A stretch of 49,818 nucleotides of DNA, the filler included, from Jimgerdemannia flammicorona (Eukaryota): NCBI GenBank assembly GCA_003990765.1. It is 2 parts of 2 records of this genome, joined end to end, with 100 filler letters (N's around TTAATTAATTAA, not from the genome) between each part and the next. Parts side by side here need not be neighbours in the genome. Positions count along the whole stretch, not along the records: positions 24,966 to 49,818 come from RBNJ01000911.1; 1 more part is not named here. One strand, given 5' to 3'. Shown one piece after another: positions 48,720 through 49,818 of the stretch; position 1 is the stretch's first letter; every line of letters starts with the position of its first letter. A program made the translations under genes and the position numbers. The notes beneath the pieces are model-generated. The model saw nothing but the letters and a program-made list of their open reading frames with translations, ran no database searches and was not told where the DNA came from.

Positions 48720-49818
48720 TGTGATGTCTACAATCGACCCTGTCCAAATTCAGAGTATCCTGTGACCACAAGATCAGATGACATTATGGCATGATAACTG
48801 GTGACCAGCCCAATCCGTCAAGTGATTTCACCAAAAGAAGACAAGATGATCCGAGCTAAAATGAAGACTACATTATTTAAGGAACCATACTCTGCCTCAG
48901 GGATCGGCACCAAAAGAACAAGTACTCACCACACAATGCCTCCTATCTGCCGCCCCAACCAGACCTCCTGCCACTCTTCCCCCTTGCCTGGCCCAAAGAC
49001 TCAAATCTTTGAAGCTATCAAGAAGGCCATCTGGCACCCAGATACTTCCGAACACTTGAACTTCTACACCAAGGACCTTGGACACTTCATCAACTATCAG
49101 TATATAATGACCCAACAGCTCAAAGACACTACCGAATGAATGACCCTCTGGCATGACTACGAAATCAGACACCGCCTTTGCAATGAGACTCAAGAAGATG
49201 ACCAGGAAGGCCTCATTACTGAATTGATAACCACTAGCTGGCTAATCAAGAGAGCCCTCTGTGTCCACCAAATCTTCCGCCATATTTCCTAGGCCATAGC
49301 ACACTTGCAAGGAGTAATGGCTGGCAGCCTCTCCCACCTTTCAACTGAAGATACCGACTGGATAGAATCTGAAGTAGCCAATGCTATTGGCAGTAACTGC
49401 ATCGCCATAGGAAGCCAACAAACCGAACCTACTCAGCCAGGTTTCCACACCACCCCACTCCGAGACAACCATCAAGGTCACCTAATGAGTCTTATGGAGA
49501 TATTTGAAGGACCGCCCATTACTATAGAAGAACCTGTTGGAGCTACCCCAACCACCCACCACCTTGTCAGCCACAATTCACACCTCATCATTTGGGAACC
49601 GAATCAAGAAGAAGCCCAAGAAGTTCCTGTCTTGGAAGAGGAGGCCCAAGAACTCCAAGGCCCTGCCCCTGAAGAAACCCTCTCTGATACTGAAACTGAT
49701 GAGTCTTCAGAAGAAGAAGAGGAGCAACAGAGAGTCTACCAGTCCTCTGTCCACATTCAAGCAGTTCAGGGATTGGAAAATATTGTTGAAGATGACTGGC
49801 CACTTTTCTACCCCCTCA
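48720..49818 (+). repeat. 3' LTR of element B (partial)
   Basis: Colinear copy of 38609 to ~39707, differing mostly by transitions. Confidence 0.95.

Larger units (their letters stand above)
38609..49818 (+). mobile_element. Ty3/Gypsy LTR retrotransposon B (LTR-gag-PR-Cys-rich insert-dUTPase-RT-RH-IN-LTR); inactivated, 3' LTR cut by the window edge
   Basis: Direct repeats start TGTGATGTCTACAATCGACC at 38609 and 48720. PBS and PPT are present, domain order is RT-RH-IN, and there are many transition-derived stops and ~2 frameshifts. Confidence 0.97.

Overview
Eukaryotic, intron-containing fungal DNA. The gene families resemble an early-diverging Mucoromycota-type genome, which is an inference. 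Two unlike halves are joined at 24866-24965 by an artificial N44-TTAATTAATTAA-N44 spacer, so they need not be adjacent in vivo. The left half is CpG-rich and genic. It holds a TRP-like channel gene running off the left edge, a Wsc/Mid2-like membrane protein with a His/Asp repeat, a citrate-carrier (CTP1-like) pseudogene, a complete 11-exon RAD5 with a GC-AG intron, and two distant paralogous Zn2Cys6 proteins flanking RAD5, one with N-terminal C2H2 fingers and one with a spliced RING-H2. The right half is CpG-depleted and entirely repetitive: a hairpin satellite, two MITEs, a TSD-flanked poly(T) insertion, a Tx1/L1-like LINE and three Ty3/Gypsy elements. The best-preserved Gypsy (38609 to the window end) has ~2.2-kb LTRs whose U3 carries a ~367-codon ORF reconstructable from the two copies. 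Its polyprotein has a Cys-rich/F-box-like insert and a dUTPase between protease and RT.
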